Below, in pieces: positions 63,426-64,000 of a stretch of 64,000 nt of DNA. Source of the DNA: Torpedo marmorata (taxonomy: Eukaryota); assembly GCA_977017645.1 (NCBI GenBank), contig OZ360225.1:59706001-59770000 (forward strand), read 5' to 3'. The first letter of the stretch is position 1, and each line of letters opens with the position of its first letter. The translations under genes were made by a program, and so were the position numbers. The notes under the pieces were generated by a model, which saw only the letters and a program-made list of their open reading frames with translations, was not told where the DNA came from and made no database searches.

Positions 63426-64000
63426 AATCTTCAGGATAGTTATTGGACTTTAATTACATTTGAATTGGTTGTGCCATACCATGATTATTTTCAGCAATTT
63501 CTTCATGTTGATTGCCATGAAGGACGTAAATGAGGAACACAGAAATTCTCAAATACTAAACAATTAAAATCAGAGATCTTTCATATCTTTCAATAAATGG
63601 AGAAATGTTGTGTTTAACACAAGGAGTTATGCCCTGGAAGTTCGTGTCAGCATGCCTGGAAGAAACCCAGTCAATCAAGGGCTTCAGCCAGCAAATGGAT
63701 GGGCATTCAGGAGGGAATAATTTACAGGGCTACTGGGAAAGAGTGGGGAAATGGGATTGATGGATTTACTCTATCTTGAGCAGGCATAGGCTTGATGGGC
63801 CAAATATCCTCTCTCTGAGTATAAAACCATTCTGATTCTGGTTCTATGGTATATTTTAGATTTTGCTAAAATTTTTGTATCTGTTGTTAAAGGGAGCAAT
63901 GCCACAGGAAGGCAGACCACTTTACATGAATAAACACAGCATGTGCATTTTCTGTTCATATTAATCTGTAAAATGAACACCAAAATAGTCACATTATGTG

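Noticed and set aside
1-64000. CRISPR arrays, operons or prokaryotic defence systems
   Set aside because: No regularly spaced repeat-spacer structure; content is vertebrate transposon-rich DNA

Overview
Eukaryotic, repeat-dominated window; the repeat families (CR1 LINEs, V-SINE/Deu-SINE types, Penelope-like elements) suggest a cartilaginous fish, which is inference. No host gene can be confirmed; one weak signal-peptide exon candidate is noted. Contents: two full-length but decayed Gypsy LTR retrotransposons (285-4815; 54537-59113); a young BEL/Pao LTR element (11722-17366, minus); a near full-length Penelope-like element (PLE, ~25510-29966); an inverted PLE pair; many PLE tails with hammerhead-ribozyme-like cores; CR1, Rex1/Babar-like and L1/Tx1-like LINE fragments; SINEs; a composite hAT MITE; two N gaps. 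The most notable feature is the BEL/Pao element. It has lost RT, RNase H and nearly all of the integrase, yet keeps one uninterrupted ~1220-aa ORF. That ORF joins an N-terminal SAFB/SLTM-like SAP domain, Gag, protease and a ~330-aa insert containing a segment that resembles the host protein MIPOL1 (similarity judged from memory, needs a search). All family and domain calls are by eye; no database searches were run.
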